A program made the translations under genes and the position numbers. DNA of 42,057 nucleotides from a virus, in UHGV virus genome UHGV-0106421, one strand, 5' to 3'. Of the stretch, positions 8,888 to 19,477 are shown in pieces (within the stretch, counting starts at the first letter, position 1; every line of letters begins with the position of its first letter). Below the pieces are notes generated by a model, which searched no databases, was not told where the DNA came from, and saw nothing but the letters and a program-made list of their open reading frames with translations.

Positions 8888-9490
8888 TCATCCCCCGAAT
8901 GCTGATGTAACGCTTCCGCCCAGCTGGCTCAGCAAGGATTCGTTTGGCGGTGTAGTGGATTTCATCCCGGAATTCTGCACCGCCGATGTGCTGACGCCAT
9001 CCTGCATATCTGATTTATCTGCAACGCTAACGCTCTGCGTCTGCGACATGATCATTTCACGCAGGGTAAGCGTGCAGTTCAGCACGTTCTCGCTGGTTTT
9101 ATCCGTTGTCACCTCGATGGCTCGCACCAGCATATTGCTGTAAACCCGCTTTCCGGTCACTACATCGAACGGCACCCGAGAGGACTGGAGATCCAGTAGT
9201 TGCTGATAGGTCTCTTTCGGGCTAAGTCCGGCGCTGAGGCCGATTGACGATGTATCAATGAAGTCCAGCAACGAACCGCCACCAGCGAAGCCGCATTCCA
9301 TTGTGACTTCGCTGGGGCGCTTATACGCATGATCGGCGATGAAGCCCGAAGCGCTATTCGTTGTTGGCTTCTCCACCGGGTGCTCAGTAATTTCGAGCGC
9401 ATCAGAATGCTTTTCGGAGACGACCACGCTGGGGATCAGCAGGCCAATTCGCCGGGATTGCTGGCGAAAAATCGCTGATAAAATATCCAT
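8888..9490 (-). CDS. Tail protein downstream of the tape measure (unassigned)
   Basis: 200-aa ORF abutting the tape measure stop. Confidence 0.4.
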   Translation of the reverse strand: MDILSAIFRQQSRRIGLLIPSVVVSEKHSDALEITEHPVEKPTTNSASGFIADHAYKRPSEVTMECGFAGGGSLLDFIDTSSIGLSAGLSPKETYQQLLDLQSSRVPFDVVTGKRVYSNMLVRAIEVTTDKTSENVLNCTLTLREMIMSQTQSVSVADKSDMQDGVSTSAVQNSGMKSTTPPNESLLSQLGGSVTSAFGG

Positions 9491-11505
9491 TATCTCGGTC
9501 CTGCGGGGAGTTGCTGGGTTAACTGTGAATTCACGCCCTTTTGACGATCAACAGTCAAACGGGCAGCCTCGCGCGGATCGGAAACGCCGTGGATGTTAAT
9601 ATTCGTTTCCTGCTGAATCACCGGGGCGCTGGTGGGCATGTTGCTCATTACTTTCGGAATGTAGTTACGCGTTTCCTGCGGCATTAACCCCATGCCATAG
9701 CGCTTAACATTCCCGATCCCCCAGTTATATGATGCCAGTGCTTTGCTAAGGTCTCCGCCGTTCTGCCGCAACAGCTGGCTGAGGTACTTAGCTGCGGCCT
9801 GAGCTGACTTTTGCGGGTCGAATACATCGTTTCCGCGAAGGCCCATGTCGCGCGCCGTACCATCCATAAACTGAAACAGACCTTTAGCGCCAGCGCCTGA
9901 AACGGCGAACTGATTACCGCCAGATTCCGTTATGGCCACACTGCGCAATAACCCCTCCGGAAGCCGGTAGAGCTGTTCCAGGTTGGTAAGCATCGGCTGC
10001 ATCCATCCCAGCAGTTCAGAGCCTGCTTTGGTTGGCTGTGGCCGCTTAACTGACTGGCCGAGCTGTTCAGGCTCATCATCACCGAACCAGCCGCGCACCG
10101 TTCGGCCCACGCTGCGAGGATCGAATCCCCAGTGCTCTTTAATCCAGTCGGCGGTACCGTTGGCGCTGTCTGTTACCATCGGCATCGCTGACGGATTTTC
10201 GCTGCCCTGATTTAGCAGCTGTTTGCCTATACTAGCGGCCTGCGCCCAGTTGCCATCTTTTATGGCATTCAGCAAATCAGCGATCATGTTCAGCATCTTG
10301 CCGAACTCACCCATTTGCGAAATGAAGTTGCTAAAATCCCACTTTAGGGACCATGACTTGGGGTCAATACCGAGCAACTTAGCCAGCGCTTTTGTCAGGT
10401 CCGTAACAGTCTTTTTCAGGTCACCAATCATTTTGACGGCCTGATCAATTTCAGTCTTCCATTTCCCCCAGTCAATCAGGCTTTTGCCACCTTCTTTCCA
10501 CGTCTGGTAATCATCCAAGAGCAGACCAAGTGCAATAATAAGCGTCGTTATCATGCCCAAGGGTGATGACATGAAAGCGGTATTTAGCAGCCGCCATGCA
10601 ACCAACAGCCCACTGAACAATGCGATAAGCTGCTGCGTGGCTGGGTTCAGCTTTTTGAACCAGGCGATCACACCCTCAACAGCTTGCCCAGTTCGCCATA
10701 ACACGCGGGTAATCGCGTCACCTGCCCAGAGAATTCCTTTGATGATCTTCGTGATGACCGCTTCAATCTTCGGCCAGTTGTCGAGTATCTGCCTGCGGAA
10801 GTTATCAATACTGCCAGCAAGGCCACCAGCTAGGTTAGAGCCAATCTTGTCTTTCGCCTGTCCAAGCGTCATCGTCAGATTACGCATGGAGGTCATGAAA
10901 ATATTGGACTGTTTAGCCGCTGACTCAGCATTAAAACCAATACGCTTTGCCGTCAACGCGTACTCAGAACTGAGCTGCCCCATCCCTCTGCGCATCGCCA
11001 TCAGCGTGTTTTCATCGATGCCAAGCATCTGCGCGTATTGTTTCGCGCGGTAATACGGCATGTTGTTGAGCTTTTGCCCAACGCCAGTAAAGATGGCCGC
11101 AGTATCACGCATCTTTCCGCTGGCATCGCGGGTCTGGACACCAAGACGGTTCAGGAACCCTTCCGCCCCCGGATTGCTACGCATGAAGCCAGCCAACCCT
11201 TCGAGGGAGGACATGGCCGACTCAGCGCTGGCGCCAGTTTGCGATGCGGCATAGCCCAGCGCTTTGATGCCCTGGACGCTGGCCCCCGTCCGCTGGGATG
11301 CCCAGTAAATTTTATCCAGACCATTCGCGATCTGGGTGGTAAATCCGACAATGCTCAGCGCTGCTCCTTCCACCACCGCGCCGACCTTCAGAACGTTCGC
11401 GGTAACGCCTTTCAGCACTGCTTCAAACTTATTAGCGCCAGCCTGATCGATATCGAATCCCAGCGAAACAAGGAAATCTTTAATCGTATCTGCGTTACCG
11501 CTCAT
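9490..11505 (-). CDS. Tail tape measure protein with C-terminal lytic transglycosylase (SLT) domain
   Basis: 671-aa ORF with hydrophobic central segments; C-terminal SLT-like motifs (ITESGGN, GAKGLFQFM, YNWG). Confidence 0.75.
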   Translation of the reverse strand: MSGNADTIKDFLVSLGFDIDQAGANKFEAVLKGVTANVLKVGAVVEGAALSIVGFTTQIANGLDKIYWASQRTGASVQGIKALGYAASQTGASAESAMSSLEGLAGFMRSNPGAEGFLNRLGVQTRDASGKMRDTAAIFTGVGQKLNNMPYYRAKQYAQMLGIDENTLMAMRRGMGQLSSEYALTAKRIGFNAESAAKQSNIFMTSMRNLTMTLGQAKDKIGSNLAGGLAGSIDNFRRQILDNWPKIEAVITKIIKGILWAGDAITRVLWRTGQAVEGVIAWFKKLNPATQQLIALFSGLLVAWRLLNTAFMSSPLGMITTLIIALGLLLDDYQTWKEGGKSLIDWGKWKTEIDQAVKMIGDLKKTVTDLTKALAKLLGIDPKSWSLKWDFSNFISQMGEFGKMLNMIADLLNAIKDGNWAQAASIGKQLLNQGSENPSAMPMVTDSANGTADWIKEHWGFDPRSVGRTVRGWFGDDEPEQLGQSVKRPQPTKAGSELLGWMQPMLTNLEQLYRLPEGLLRSVAITESGGNQFAVSGAGAKGLFQFMDGTARDMGLRGNDVFDPQKSAQAAAKYLSQLLRQNGGDLSKALASYNWGIGNVKRYGMGLMPQETRNYIPKVMSNMPTSAPVIQQETNINIHGVSDPREAARLTVDRQKGVNSQLTQQLPAGPR

Positions 11506-11682
11506 TGGCCGCTCTCCATTTATCTACCCGGGCGTCGTTATCCTCGCGCATGTCGAGGTAGTCATTGAGAAGCGCGATGCGGCAAAGGTCTACCGCACCG
11601 CTGTTAAGGTCTTTCTGGTCAATATGGAAGGCAAGCGCCGGGCGAAGAATAAAATCTTCACTGCCCGGCAGGCTGTTGAAGG

Positions 11683-12108
11683 TTATTCCGCTAGCGGGGT
11701 GGGCGTCTCGCTGGTAGGGAGTCCTTGCAAAAAATTTCCCAGCGAGTCGGCGACCACCCGCGCCACCAGTTGCAGCATGGTAAGCAGGTCGATATCGTCA
11801 AACGCCATTTCGCCATGCTGGCAGACCGGCACCCAGCCTTTCATGTGCTCGCGTGAAACAACGGAAAGACAGGGGAACAGGATAGCGTCCACGTCGCCAT
11901 CACTCAGATCGGACACAGCATTGGCAATCTTTGGCAGGATGGTAGCCATCGCGCCTTCGGTGTCTTTGCTGCTGATCTTCTCCTGAACGCTCCGGAAGTC
12001 CGAAACCATCCCGGCCAGAACCGGCAACAGCTTGCGGGACACCTTCAGCTGTTCGAAAACGCTGAGCTTTGCGGTGCGATATTTCACGCCTTTAATTTCG
12101 AATTCCAT
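11683..12108 (-). CDS. Tail assembly chaperone (between tube and tape measure)
   Basis: 141-aa acidic ORF in the canonical chaperone slot. Confidence 0.45.
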   Translation of the reverse strand: MEFEIKGVKYRTAKLSVFEQLKVSRKLLPVLAGMVSDFRSVQEKISSKDTEGAMATILPKIANAVSDLSDGDVDAILFPCLSVVSREHMKGWVPVCQHGEMAFDDIDLLTMLQLVARVVADSLGNFLQGLPTSETPTPLAE

Positions 12109-12111
12109 GCG

Positions 12112-12552
12112 TTAAAACTCCCCGAGAAGCTGGTCAATCTTGCCGCAGTCGAATACCCAGGCGACGGTTCCGCCCTCTTTAGCGTTATTGAAATCAGGCT
12201 GTTTCTGGAATGCACACGAACGCGCAGTAGAAATATCACCCGATGCCGTGTTGCGAATGACGATCACGTTATTGCCCCAGGTGGCAGAGGACTGGCTTTG
12301 CGCGTTATACGCCAGAGACAGCTTTTTATTCACCGGGGAGGTTTTGAGTAGCGTCACCGTAATGGTGCCTGACTTATCGGCGTGCAGGCTGTGCATCACC
12401 TCGCCATCGGCACCGATGGTCATGGTGTTTTTGTTGCCGCCCATGGTCTGGGTGATACCTTCCTCAGAGTTCGCAGAACCCTGACCAAGATCGATAACGC
12501 CGGTCGGCCCGGTGAGCGACGCGGTTACATCGAGAAAAGAATAAGTTGCCAT
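12112..12552 (-). CDS. Tail tube protein
   Basis: 146-aa ORF immediately downstream of the sheath gene. Confidence 0.6.
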   Translation of the reverse strand: MATYSFLDVTASLTGPTGVIDLGQGSANSEEGITQTMGGNKNTMTIGADGEVMHSLHADKSGTITVTLLKTSPVNKKLSLAYNAQSQSSATWGNNVIVIRNTASGDISTARSCAFQKQPDFNNAKEGGTVAWVFDCGKIDQLLGEF

Positions 12553-12562
12553 TTATCGCTCC

Positions 12563-13723
12563 TTAGCGAACCACGTTGATCTGCACATCGGCATAATGAA
12601 CTGCGCCAGCCAGCTTACAGGCCACCTGGATTAACGGTGCTTTGCGCGCTTCGCGGTCGGCCTGCGCCTGTTCGGACAGCGGTTGCGCATACACGTAATA
12701 GCCTTTGGTCAGCGTATCGCCGGAATTCAGCTGTCCGATAGGGCCACCATTCCACACGCCAGCAGCTACCAGACCGTTCGTGACGGACTGATCCATGGAC
12801 TGTTCAACGTTGGAAAGCAGACGGGTAACACCGGCATCAGTCTGCGGAATTTTGGTGGTGCTGGTGTAAAGCAGGTTATAGAGGTTGGTCTGAACGTAGT
12901 TCTGCAACCAGTCGAGCCCGTGGCGCTCGTCGAAGAAGTCACCGTTCGCCATGACACCCTGTTGCAGGATCGCCGTGTCGTTGGCGTAGTACACGAACAC
13001 GTTCGCATTCTTCGTATCCACCGCAGCCGCCTGGCCTACCGTCAACGTTTCGTAGGTTACGCTTGGTTCCTGTTTGAACTTCAGGGTAATGGTGGTATTG
13101 CTGCCGTTGAAATTGACAGTAAACGCACGACCGAAAGCAGAAACCGCTGCGTAAGGGCTGCTGGTGGAATACTGAATAAAGGTACGGGCATACTTGCCAG
13201 CCTTTAATTTCGACGCAACATCGGTCGTCGAAGTCGTGCTGATAATCTCGGCGTCGGCAGAGGTCACACCAAAGATACGGCTAAGGCTGGACGCTTCAAT
13301 AAGTTTGGCGACCTCAATCACGTCATCAGCATCAAGCACATCGCCACCAGCGACAACATCATCAGCGACAACCAGCCCATACCAGTTGGTATATTGCAGG
13401 CAGGCATTAACGGCTTGCACGATAGTTTCAGTATCTCCACTCTCGGAAGAACTCAGCGTCTTCGCCCAGCGACCAACATAAACCTGTGTCGGCTTCGGTG
13501 ACTGGCTGAAGAAAACCTGCGCTGCTTTATATTCCGGGCTGTCGACACCGAAGTCTTCGCCAATGTCCTCAATGGAAGCATATAGGCGAGTACGTTCTGT
13601 CACCGGAATGACAGTGGAAGAGCCAAGGATTAGCAATGCGCCGAAGTTACGACCAGTAGCCGCTTTCGGCGAGATGATCACATCAACGTTTACAACGTTG
13701 GATACAGGTAAGCCCTGCGTCAT
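12563..13723 (-). CDS. Contractile tail sheath protein
   Basis: 386-aa ORF upstream of the tube gene; sheath-like size and composition. Confidence 0.65.
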   Translation of the reverse strand: MTQGLPVSNVVNVDVIISPKAATGRNFGALLILGSSTVIPVTERTRLYASIEDIGEDFGVDSPEYKAAQVFFSQSPKPTQVYVGRWAKTLSSSESGDTETIVQAVNACLQYTNWYGLVVADDVVAGGDVLDADDVIEVAKLIEASSLSRIFGVTSADAEIISTTSTTDVASKLKAGKYARTFIQYSTSSPYAAVSAFGRAFTVNFNGSNTTITLKFKQEPSVTYETLTVGQAAAVDTKNANVFVYYANDTAILQQGVMANGDFFDERHGLDWLQNYVQTNLYNLLYTSTTKIPQTDAGVTRLLSNVEQSMDQSVTNGLVAAGVWNGGPIGQLNSGDTLTKGYYVYAQPLSEQAQADREARKAPLIQVACKLAGAVHYADVQINVVR

Positions 13724-13726
13724 AGT

Positions 13727-14290
13727 TTATTCTCCAAAAAAGGTGACTGGCACTTCCACCAGCGATTTGATGCCATACTCGCGGACAACCTTCCGGCGCA
13801 GTCGCACCGTCATGTCGTAACGGCGAACCCATTGCTGGTTGATAAGTTCGGGGAAAGGGGTCAGAGCGGTATAGTCGCCAAGGGATAAACCAAGCGCGTT
13901 CAGCTCAGCATTGTTTTGCGGGACAGATATACCATCGCGAAAACGGGACGCATAAGACATACCAGCCGGACCATAGAACGACGCCATGCACTCGAACGTT
14001 TCATGCCTCCAGAGCTGAGCGCCCTCTTCAGTCTGCCCGATGAATGCAGGGTTGTTATCAATGAGCAACCCGGTAACGCCAAACGCGCACCAGTTCGTTT
14101 CAACGGGTGGCAGTGGCGGCTGATTTTTCTGCCAGCGCGGACGAACCATTCCAGACGGCAAGCCGGAAACATTGCGCATCCACTGGCTTAGCAGCCTGTC
14201 GAGCGCTTCGTCATAAGCCGGATCGCCGCTGGTGGGTGTCAGCCAGCCGCGCTCTGTGCTGGTGTTATTGCTCAATGGGAGTTCCCCCAT
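13727..14290 (-). CDS. Head-tail joining / tail completion protein (unassigned)
   Basis: ORF between head and sheath genes; start placed at an internal Met (MGELPLSNN). Confidence 0.35.
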   Translation of the reverse strand: MGELPLSNNTSTERGWLTPTSGDPAYDEALDRLLSQWMRNVSGLPSGMVRPRWQKNQPPLPPVETNWCAFGVTGLLIDNNPAFIGQTEEGAQLWRHETFECMASFYGPAGMSYASRFRDGISVPQNNAELNALGLSLGDYTALTPFPELINQQWVRRYDMTVRLRRKVVREYGIKSLVEVPVTFFGE

Positions 14291-14654
14291 CAAACGGCAG
14301 TAATTCACAATGAGCCTGGACGAAGCCAGCACCGTAAGCCGTATACGGGTCGACGAATGTCACGCGATAATCACGGTTCTGATACGTCACGATATCGGCA
14401 TCACGGCCAGTCTGCCCCTGCGTCAGCCGCTCAGTTGTCACGATGAGAATCGCGCCGCTGATAACCTGCCCGGCCTGCATGCGGCGGTTTTCCAGGGAGC
14501 GGTCAACAGTAACAACCCCGGCAAACTGCGTTTTAACTTCGCTGTCGCTGCCGATCCCGTCATCGTCCACCGTTTGCGCGCGACGCGTTACCCACAGGTT
14601 GAAGTCGCAAAAATCGGGGTCAAAAAGCACGTCTGTTACATCAAGAGTCGGCAT
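14265..14654 (-). CDS. Virion structural protein (head-tail connector region)
   Basis: 129-aa ORF in the head-tail joining block. Confidence 0.35.
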   Translation of the reverse strand: MPTLDVTDVLFDPDFCDFNLWVTRRAQTVDDDGIGSDSEVKTQFAGVVTVDRSLENRRMQAGQVISGAILIVTTERLTQGQTGRDADIVTYQNRDYRVTFVDPYTAYGAGFVQAHCELLPFDGGTPIEQ

Positions 14655-15195
14655 CTTTATCCCTCACAATATGGGTAATAGCTCTGCGATATTGCCCGGT
14701 GTCGATTAGCGGTTTCACCAGATCGGTTCCAGGAGACTCACCAGCAGCGCGCCGCGCAAGTTCCTCTTTTGCCCCTTTGCGCCCACGGCGTGCGCGTGCT
14801 TCAACGGTGCTATCAGCAAGCGGTGTAAAGCCGGTAATGGTCATGTAACGCCTGACGCCATTCGCGGCCAGCGTTCCGGCGCGGTTAAGCGCTCTTTCCG
14901 CACCCGCCGCATTTCCATCAAGCGCAGCCTGCGCCGCTGCTTTGAGCTGCGGCACCGTCTGTTCCTCTACGGATTTAACGCCGGGGATCAGGTGCGGGCG
15001 TGGGGGTATGTTTTGCGCTGGTGAGCCGTATTCGTTGACGTAACCGATCCCGGCATTACCAAACGGAACATCCTCACGCTCGCTGTCTTCTTCCGGGATG
15101 CCCACCAGCACATCCTTTTTGGTTAGCGACCGGAGCGCATCCAGAATGGCCTGAGCGTTATCAACCCTCGTTGTTACACCACTTTTGAAACTCAT
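14641..15195 (-). CDS. Virion structural protein (head completion/adaptor-like)
   Basis: 184-aa ORF in the head-tail joining block. Confidence 0.35.
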   Translation of the reverse strand: MSFKSGVTTRVDNAQAILDALRSLTKKDVLVGIPEEDSEREDVPFGNAGIGYVNEYGSPAQNIPPRPHLIPGVKSVEEQTVPQLKAAAQAALDGNAAGAERALNRAGTLAANGVRRYMTITGFTPLADSTVEARARRGRKGAKEELARRAAGESPGTDLVKPLIDTGQYRRAITHIVRDKDADS

Positions 15196-15599
15196 AGCTG
15201 GCGACCGCCCGCACCGAACATCGTGATCAGCTGATAAAATTCAGCGCCATATCGGGTGTTATTCCAGAAGCCTGCGTCAGGGTTTAGCGTCGCGCTGGTG
15301 TCATAGCTGACGCTTACCTTGTCAACGGACTTGGAGGACTGAACACCATTGGTTGAGCCACCCGGGCCGCCGACGAGCATTGCCCGGCTATCTGCCGCCC
15401 AGAGCGTCATGTAGTGAGCCACGAACAACTCGACAAAGTACGGAAACAACTCTTTGCCGGTGACGTTTTCGCTCAGCAGCACATCAGCCAGATTCAGACG
15501 AAACTGGATTTGTGCTTCGGGATATTTGGCAGGGTCAGCAAACTGTGGAAAGTCGCGCCGAAAATCACTTACTGTTGGCAGGCTTTGATTCTTTGGCAT
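15192..15599 (-). CDS. Virion structural protein (unassigned)
   Basis: Start placed at the internal Met ([10 protein letters not shown]) to limit overlap with the upstream gene. Confidence 0.35.
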   Translation of the reverse strand: MPKNQSLPTVSDFRRDFPQFADPAKYPEAQIQFRLNLADVLLSENVTGKELFPYFVELFVAHYMTLWAADSRAMLVGGPGGSTNGVQSSKSVDKVSVSYDTSATLNPDAGFWNNTRYGAEFYQLITMFGAGGRQL

Positions 15600-15954
15600 C
15601 TTTCGCCCCATTACCGCCAGTCTGGGCGGCAGCAATCTGCGCTTGCAGGCTGTCGTTCTGCTCTTGCAGCTTAAGCAGCGCTTCTCGCAGATCGGCAATC
15701 AACTGATCTTTATCGATAATCTGCTTATCTTTGTCGGCAATCTGAGCTTGCAGGCTGTCGATAATGGGTTGCAGATCATCGGTGTCGCTAATCACGCTTT
15801 CGGAAAGCTCGGAGTGCGCCTGGGTGAACCAGTGCGACGCGACCTCTTCCGGTACGTTATGCCGTCCCCGGCCAAACTCCCTTTTTGACTGATCGCCGAG
15901 CGTCAGCGTAAACGGGGTGTGAACATGGATGGTAACCAGCTTTTCTTTCGCCAT
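15565..15954 (-). CDS. Coiled-coil phage protein downstream of the major capsid gene
   Basis: 129-aa ORF containing a duplicated SLQAQIA heptad segment. Confidence 0.4.
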   Translation of the reverse strand: MAKEKLVTIHVHTPFTLTLGDQSKREFGRGRHNVPEEVASHWFTQAHSELSESVISDTDDLQPIIDSLQAQIADKDKQIIDKDQLIADLREALLKLQEQNDSLQAQIAAAQTGGNGAKDAKESKPANSK

Positions 15955-15995
15955 TTTCAGTTCCCTTCTGGCCCTTTTCGGGGCCGTTCTGGTTA

Positions 15996-16937
15996 TCAGA
16001 TACCGTCCACGTAGGACAGGGTTTCTTTGTACACTGGCTCAACCGCACCGAGCTTGCCGTAGTAGGTCGCAATCTGATACAGACCGCGATACTGGACAGG
16101 AACGCTCTGCAACGGCACCAGCGGATAGCGCACGTATTTCTTGTCGTTGGTGTAGGCGATCATACGGTCTTTACCGCCAACCCCACGCCCTTTCAGCCAT
16201 TTGACCGCTTTGATTTCAAGCGGAACGCCGTTCTGGTGGAAAGCGATAGTGTTCACAGCCAGATAGGTCAGCAGTGACTGGTTACCCGCTTCGGAAACCT
16301 TACGGCTCGCCAGCAGTGAATACTGCTCTGGCGGAATGCGCAGATCAGAAGGCACGATGGAATAACCGGATGCTGCCCAGGCATTAGACAGAATGCTGTT
16401 CACGCTATCGAGGATCTCGTCGTTGGTTGAGTTCGCCCAGGTCTTCGGCGCGTTGTTCAGCGTCACACCGACGAGGTTTGCCAGACCTTTCAGGCCGAGT
16501 GCGTCATCACCGATGTAAACCTGCTCGTCGTTGTCCATCTGCCATTTGAGCTGCATCCCGTCGTACTTCTGGGTATCAATCGGGCGGCCTACCTGCTGAG
16601 CAGCTGCCAGCTCTACAACGGTCCAGCCCAGTTCCATACCCCAGAGGTTCAGTGGATTGCCGTCTTTGCTGATATCCACGTTCACGCCAGCAATAGCGGT
16701 GGAGTCTTTGCCTACCCAGTTTTTACCATTCGGATTTGCACCAGTACCCGCAGCGGCGAAGCTGGTATTCGTCCAGCTGGAAATGTCATCTGCGATAGAC
16801 ACGTCTTCACGCAGTTGAATATCTCGGGTCCAGGTGTACCCCACCAGAGGCAGGTTCAGCGTCTGGTCGAGTCGCTCCAGCTCCCCGATGAGAAAGGCAC
16901 CGGAGCTATCTACGGTTGCCTGATCAAAAGTAATCAT
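15996..16937 (-). CDS. Major capsid protein
   Basis: 313-aa ORF following the protease/scaffold and decoration-like genes; Mu-like head gene order. Confidence 0.55.
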   Translation of the reverse strand: MITFDQATVDSSGAFLIGELERLDQTLNLPLVGYTWTRDIQLREDVSIADDISSWTNTSFAAAGTGANPNGKNWVGKDSTAIAGVNVDISKDGNPLNLWGMELGWTVVELAAAQQVGRPIDTQKYDGMQLKWQMDNDEQVYIGDDALGLKGLANLVGVTLNNAPKTWANSTNDEILDSVNSILSNAWAASGYSIVPSDLRIPPEQYSLLASRKVSEAGNQSLLTYLAVNTIAFHQNGVPLEIKAVKWLKGRGVGGKDRMIAYTNDKKYVRYPLVPLQSVPVQYRGLYQIATYYGKLGAVEPVYKETLSYVDGI

Positions 16938-16948
16938 TTGTCTGTTCC

Positions 16949-17452
16949 TTAAATCTTCCAGGAGATTTCTGCATTACCGTTAGCGTCACCGGCACCAGTA
17001 AATTCAGCATTCGCGAGTACGACAGTTTTCCCTTCCACGCTTGAAGAGCAGAAACCACCCAGCGGCACTTTAATAGATTCATCAGTGGAGACAACAACGT
17101 ATACCGGGTCACCTTTTTTGATGGTGCTGGCATCAAAGTCAGAACCAAGGTTAACGGTCATGTAACCGCGCTTCATTGCATCGCCCGGGAAGTTCTTATC
17201 CGTCCCCACCTGGCGAACCATGTCCGGCTGTGATGTGGTCGGATACGGACGAACGTAGATCCCCTTCACTTTGTCGGAGGTGTCACCGTCCGCCAGCGGC
17301 ACAAAAAAGCCGTCAGCGTCGTATTTGCCAGCCAGACCATAGGCAGCGAAGGCGTTAGCGGATTTAAGGATCACCGGCTCGACGGTTAAATCCTGCGGGC
17401 GAGAGATAGCCCCGGCAATGCCAACAGGCATCCGGTACAAATATGCAGTCAT
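16949..17452 (-). CDS. Head structural protein (possible decoration protein)
   Basis: 167-aa ORF immediately upstream of the major capsid gene. Confidence 0.4.
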   Translation of the reverse strand: MTAYLYRMPVGIAGAISRPQDLTVEPVILKSANAFAAYGLAGKYDADGFFVPLADGDTSDKVKGIYVRPYPTTSQPDMVRQVGTDKNFPGDAMKRGYMTVNLGSDFDASTIKKGDPVYVVVSTDESIKVPLGGFCSSSVEGKTVVLANAEFTGAGDANGNAEISWKI

Positions 17453-17456
17453 TGGA

Positions 17457-18689
17457 TTATCCTTTGCGGTTAGACCAGAAGTCGGCGTTTTGTTTGTTCA
17501 GGGAAGCGATGCTGGTCATGCCCATATTTGGACGTTGTGCATCGCCCGTGGTGCTGCGGGTGTTTCGCCCTTTGGCAATCTCAGACACGGCGTTAAACGC
17601 CATATCGACCGATTGCTTGGGCAATTTGCGGATATCTGCATCACCGACAACCTGGCGAACCAGTGTTTTGTCAGCGGCGGACAGCACATCACGTTTGAAC
17701 GCGGTCGGTTTCACCTTACGGCTCAGATCGATACCCGGAACGATAACTTCGGCACGATAAGCAGCGTCACCGGTAATCGTGGTTTCCTCTTCGTCGTCCT
17801 CACCGTCGCCGGTAGGGTCTTTGTTATCTTTGCCGTCAGGCTTATCGTCGTTATCGCCCGTTGCAGTACCTTCCAGCTTAGCCAGCAGGGCTTTGAGCAA
17901 GGTTTTGATATCGTCCTCGCCGTCGCCGGTTGGCTCTCCGCCCATTTCCGGCTTTTTGTCCGGCAATGGTTGTTGCGGTGAAAGATTAATGTTGAGGTTA
18001 ACGCCGCTCGGCAGATCCCCTTCATCGCCCGTTACCGCCGCTGGCGCAGAGTCCAGCAGTTCGTTCATGGTGTCAGCATCACCCGTTTTGATGGCCGTGC
18101 GCATGCGGGTCCACCAGCTTTTCTTTTGATTTGCCATTGTGTCTCTGTCTCCAATTGCACAACGATTTCCGGCTCTGCCTTTAGGGACAAGAGCCACATG
18201 GTTTCCGGTAATATCGACCTGCTCGGCTTTTCCGGGTTCGGTCTGCTCGTACTCAGCGTCATAGCCGCACGACACTTCGCGCAGACCATCTTCGATCAGC
18301 TGAATGGCGCTTTCGTCTTTGACGATAAGGTCAGCCAGCATCAAATCAGACTGATCACCAGTCCCGCGCCGAACGTTCTGAAGATGCCCGACCGCAAGCT
18401 CTTTCCAGTTCTCGGGATTGACCAGCCGCACATTCCCGTTTTCATCTTCAGGATGCAGGATCGTGATGCTCATCCCTTCGAATGAGGCGAGCGTGGCCGG
18501 ATGGAATACCTGATCAGGAGAGCGCGTTACGACTATCTCGCCGAGCTTGTCGGGTTTGAGGTTTGGCAGATCGGCAGCGCCGTAAAGCTGCTTACCCGTT
18601 CGACCTATCGGCACGTCTTTGCACAGCAGCGAGCCGTCAGCCAGCTGATAGCGGGTTTCCCCCAGCCGGGTATTGAAAAAATATTTCAT
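17457..18689 (-). CDS. Prohead protease / scaffolding-like protein with acidic low-complexity C-terminal region
   Basis: 410-aa ORF; D/E/G-rich repeats (GDGEDD, DNDDKPDGKDNKD); position between the Mu F-like and capsid genes. Confidence 0.45.
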   Translation of the reverse strand: MKYFFNTRLGETRYQLADGSLLCKDVPIGRTGKQLYGAADLPNLKPDKLGEIVVTRSPDQVFHPATLASFEGMSITILHPEDENGNVRLVNPENWKELAVGHLQNVRRGTGDQSDLMLADLIVKDESAIQLIEDGLREVSCGYDAEYEQTEPGKAEQVDITGNHVALVPKGRAGNRCAIGDRDTMANQKKSWWTRMRTAIKTGDADTMNELLDSAPAAVTGDEGDLPSGVNLNINLSPQQPLPDKKPEMGGEPTGDGEDDIKTLLKALLAKLEGTATGDNDDKPDGKDNKDPTGDGEDDEEETTITGDAAYRAEVIVPGIDLSRKVKPTAFKRDVLSAADKTLVRQVVGDADIRKLPKQSVDMAFNAVSEIAKGRNTRSTTGDAQRPNMGMTSIASLNKQNADFWSNRKG

Positions 18690-18703
18690 GGTTTACCTGC
18701 GAT

Positions 18704-19477
18704 TCAGGCGAGATAAGAATGAGGGTTGGGGAAGACGATTTCTTTGTAACAGCGGCAGTTCGGGAGCTCGCCAGCGTGACCGGTCATGCCGTCAAGCGTT
18801 GGAGGTCGGCCCCATTCGACAAACTTCCCTTCCATCTCTCGATGAGAATGCCGGACGTCGCCATCTTCGGCTGTACGCCAGATATAACCATTCGAGCCGA
18901 TTGACAGCGCACGCGCCTGATCCAGTGCACCGGTTGCGCGCCCAAGCTCAGTCCGGGCGATAAGGTTCGCTCGTGAGCGTGACACGTCACCGGAAGCAGC
19001 TATCTCTTTCGCGAATGGCTCAGCGCGGCCACCAGTTACTACAGCCTCGATGGCCTTGTTCTGAATGTCATACACCCGATCGGCGGCCTCAAGAGGCAGA
19101 GATTTGATGTACTTAATTTGCTCGGCGACGATGGATTTCATCACCTGGCCTACCGGGGCGCGGTCGACCATGTTGCGTAGTTCTGCGCTGATGTTCCGAC
19201 TGTGCTGACGCCACTGCTTTTCATTCTGGTGCGCAATGTCGGCGGTGAAGCTCTCAGCAACCTTAGTCGCCCAGGGGGTGATGATTTCGCTGTAGCGCTC
19301 CAGCGCATTCATTATTTCGGTGACGCTATCGTTTGAACCATCGTAGCGACCATTTACGATATCCCCGACCGCCCGCGCTATCTGCCGTAGGCTCGTTCGA
19401 TATCGGATCTCCGCCTGGCGGCTCTGGCGGTTTGTCGCCAAGTTCGCCGATGCCTGGCGGCGCTTCGTCTTCGGCAT
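18704..19477 (-). CDS. Head morphogenesis protein (Mu gpF / SPP1 gp7 family)
   Basis: 257-aa ORF with the F-like C-terminus GRPPTLDGMTGHAGELPNCRCY; the annotated start overlaps the portal by about 150 nt, so the real start may be the internal Met near 19312. Confidence 0.6.
   Translation of the reverse strand: MPKTKRRQASANLATNRQSRQAEIRYRTSLRQIARAVGDIVNGRYDGSNDSVTEIMNALERYSEIITPWATKVAESFTADIAHQNEKQWRQHSRNISAELRNMVDRAPVGQVMKSIVAEQIKYIKSLPLEAADRVYDIQNKAIEAVVTGGRAEPFAKEIAASGDVSRSRANLIARTELGRATGALDQARALSIGSNGYIWRTAEDGDVRHSHREMEGKFVEWGRPPTLDGMTGHAGELPNCRCYKEIVFPNPHSYLA

Noticed and set aside
10553-11568. Plus-strand ORFs of 166 and 176 aa inside the tape measure region
   Set aside because: Antisense to a long, well-supported structural gene, with no independent support.
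17779-18129. 116-aa Ser/Pro-rich plus-strand ORF
   Set aside because: Antisense to the acidic low-complexity region of the protease/scaffold gene; low-complexity artefact.
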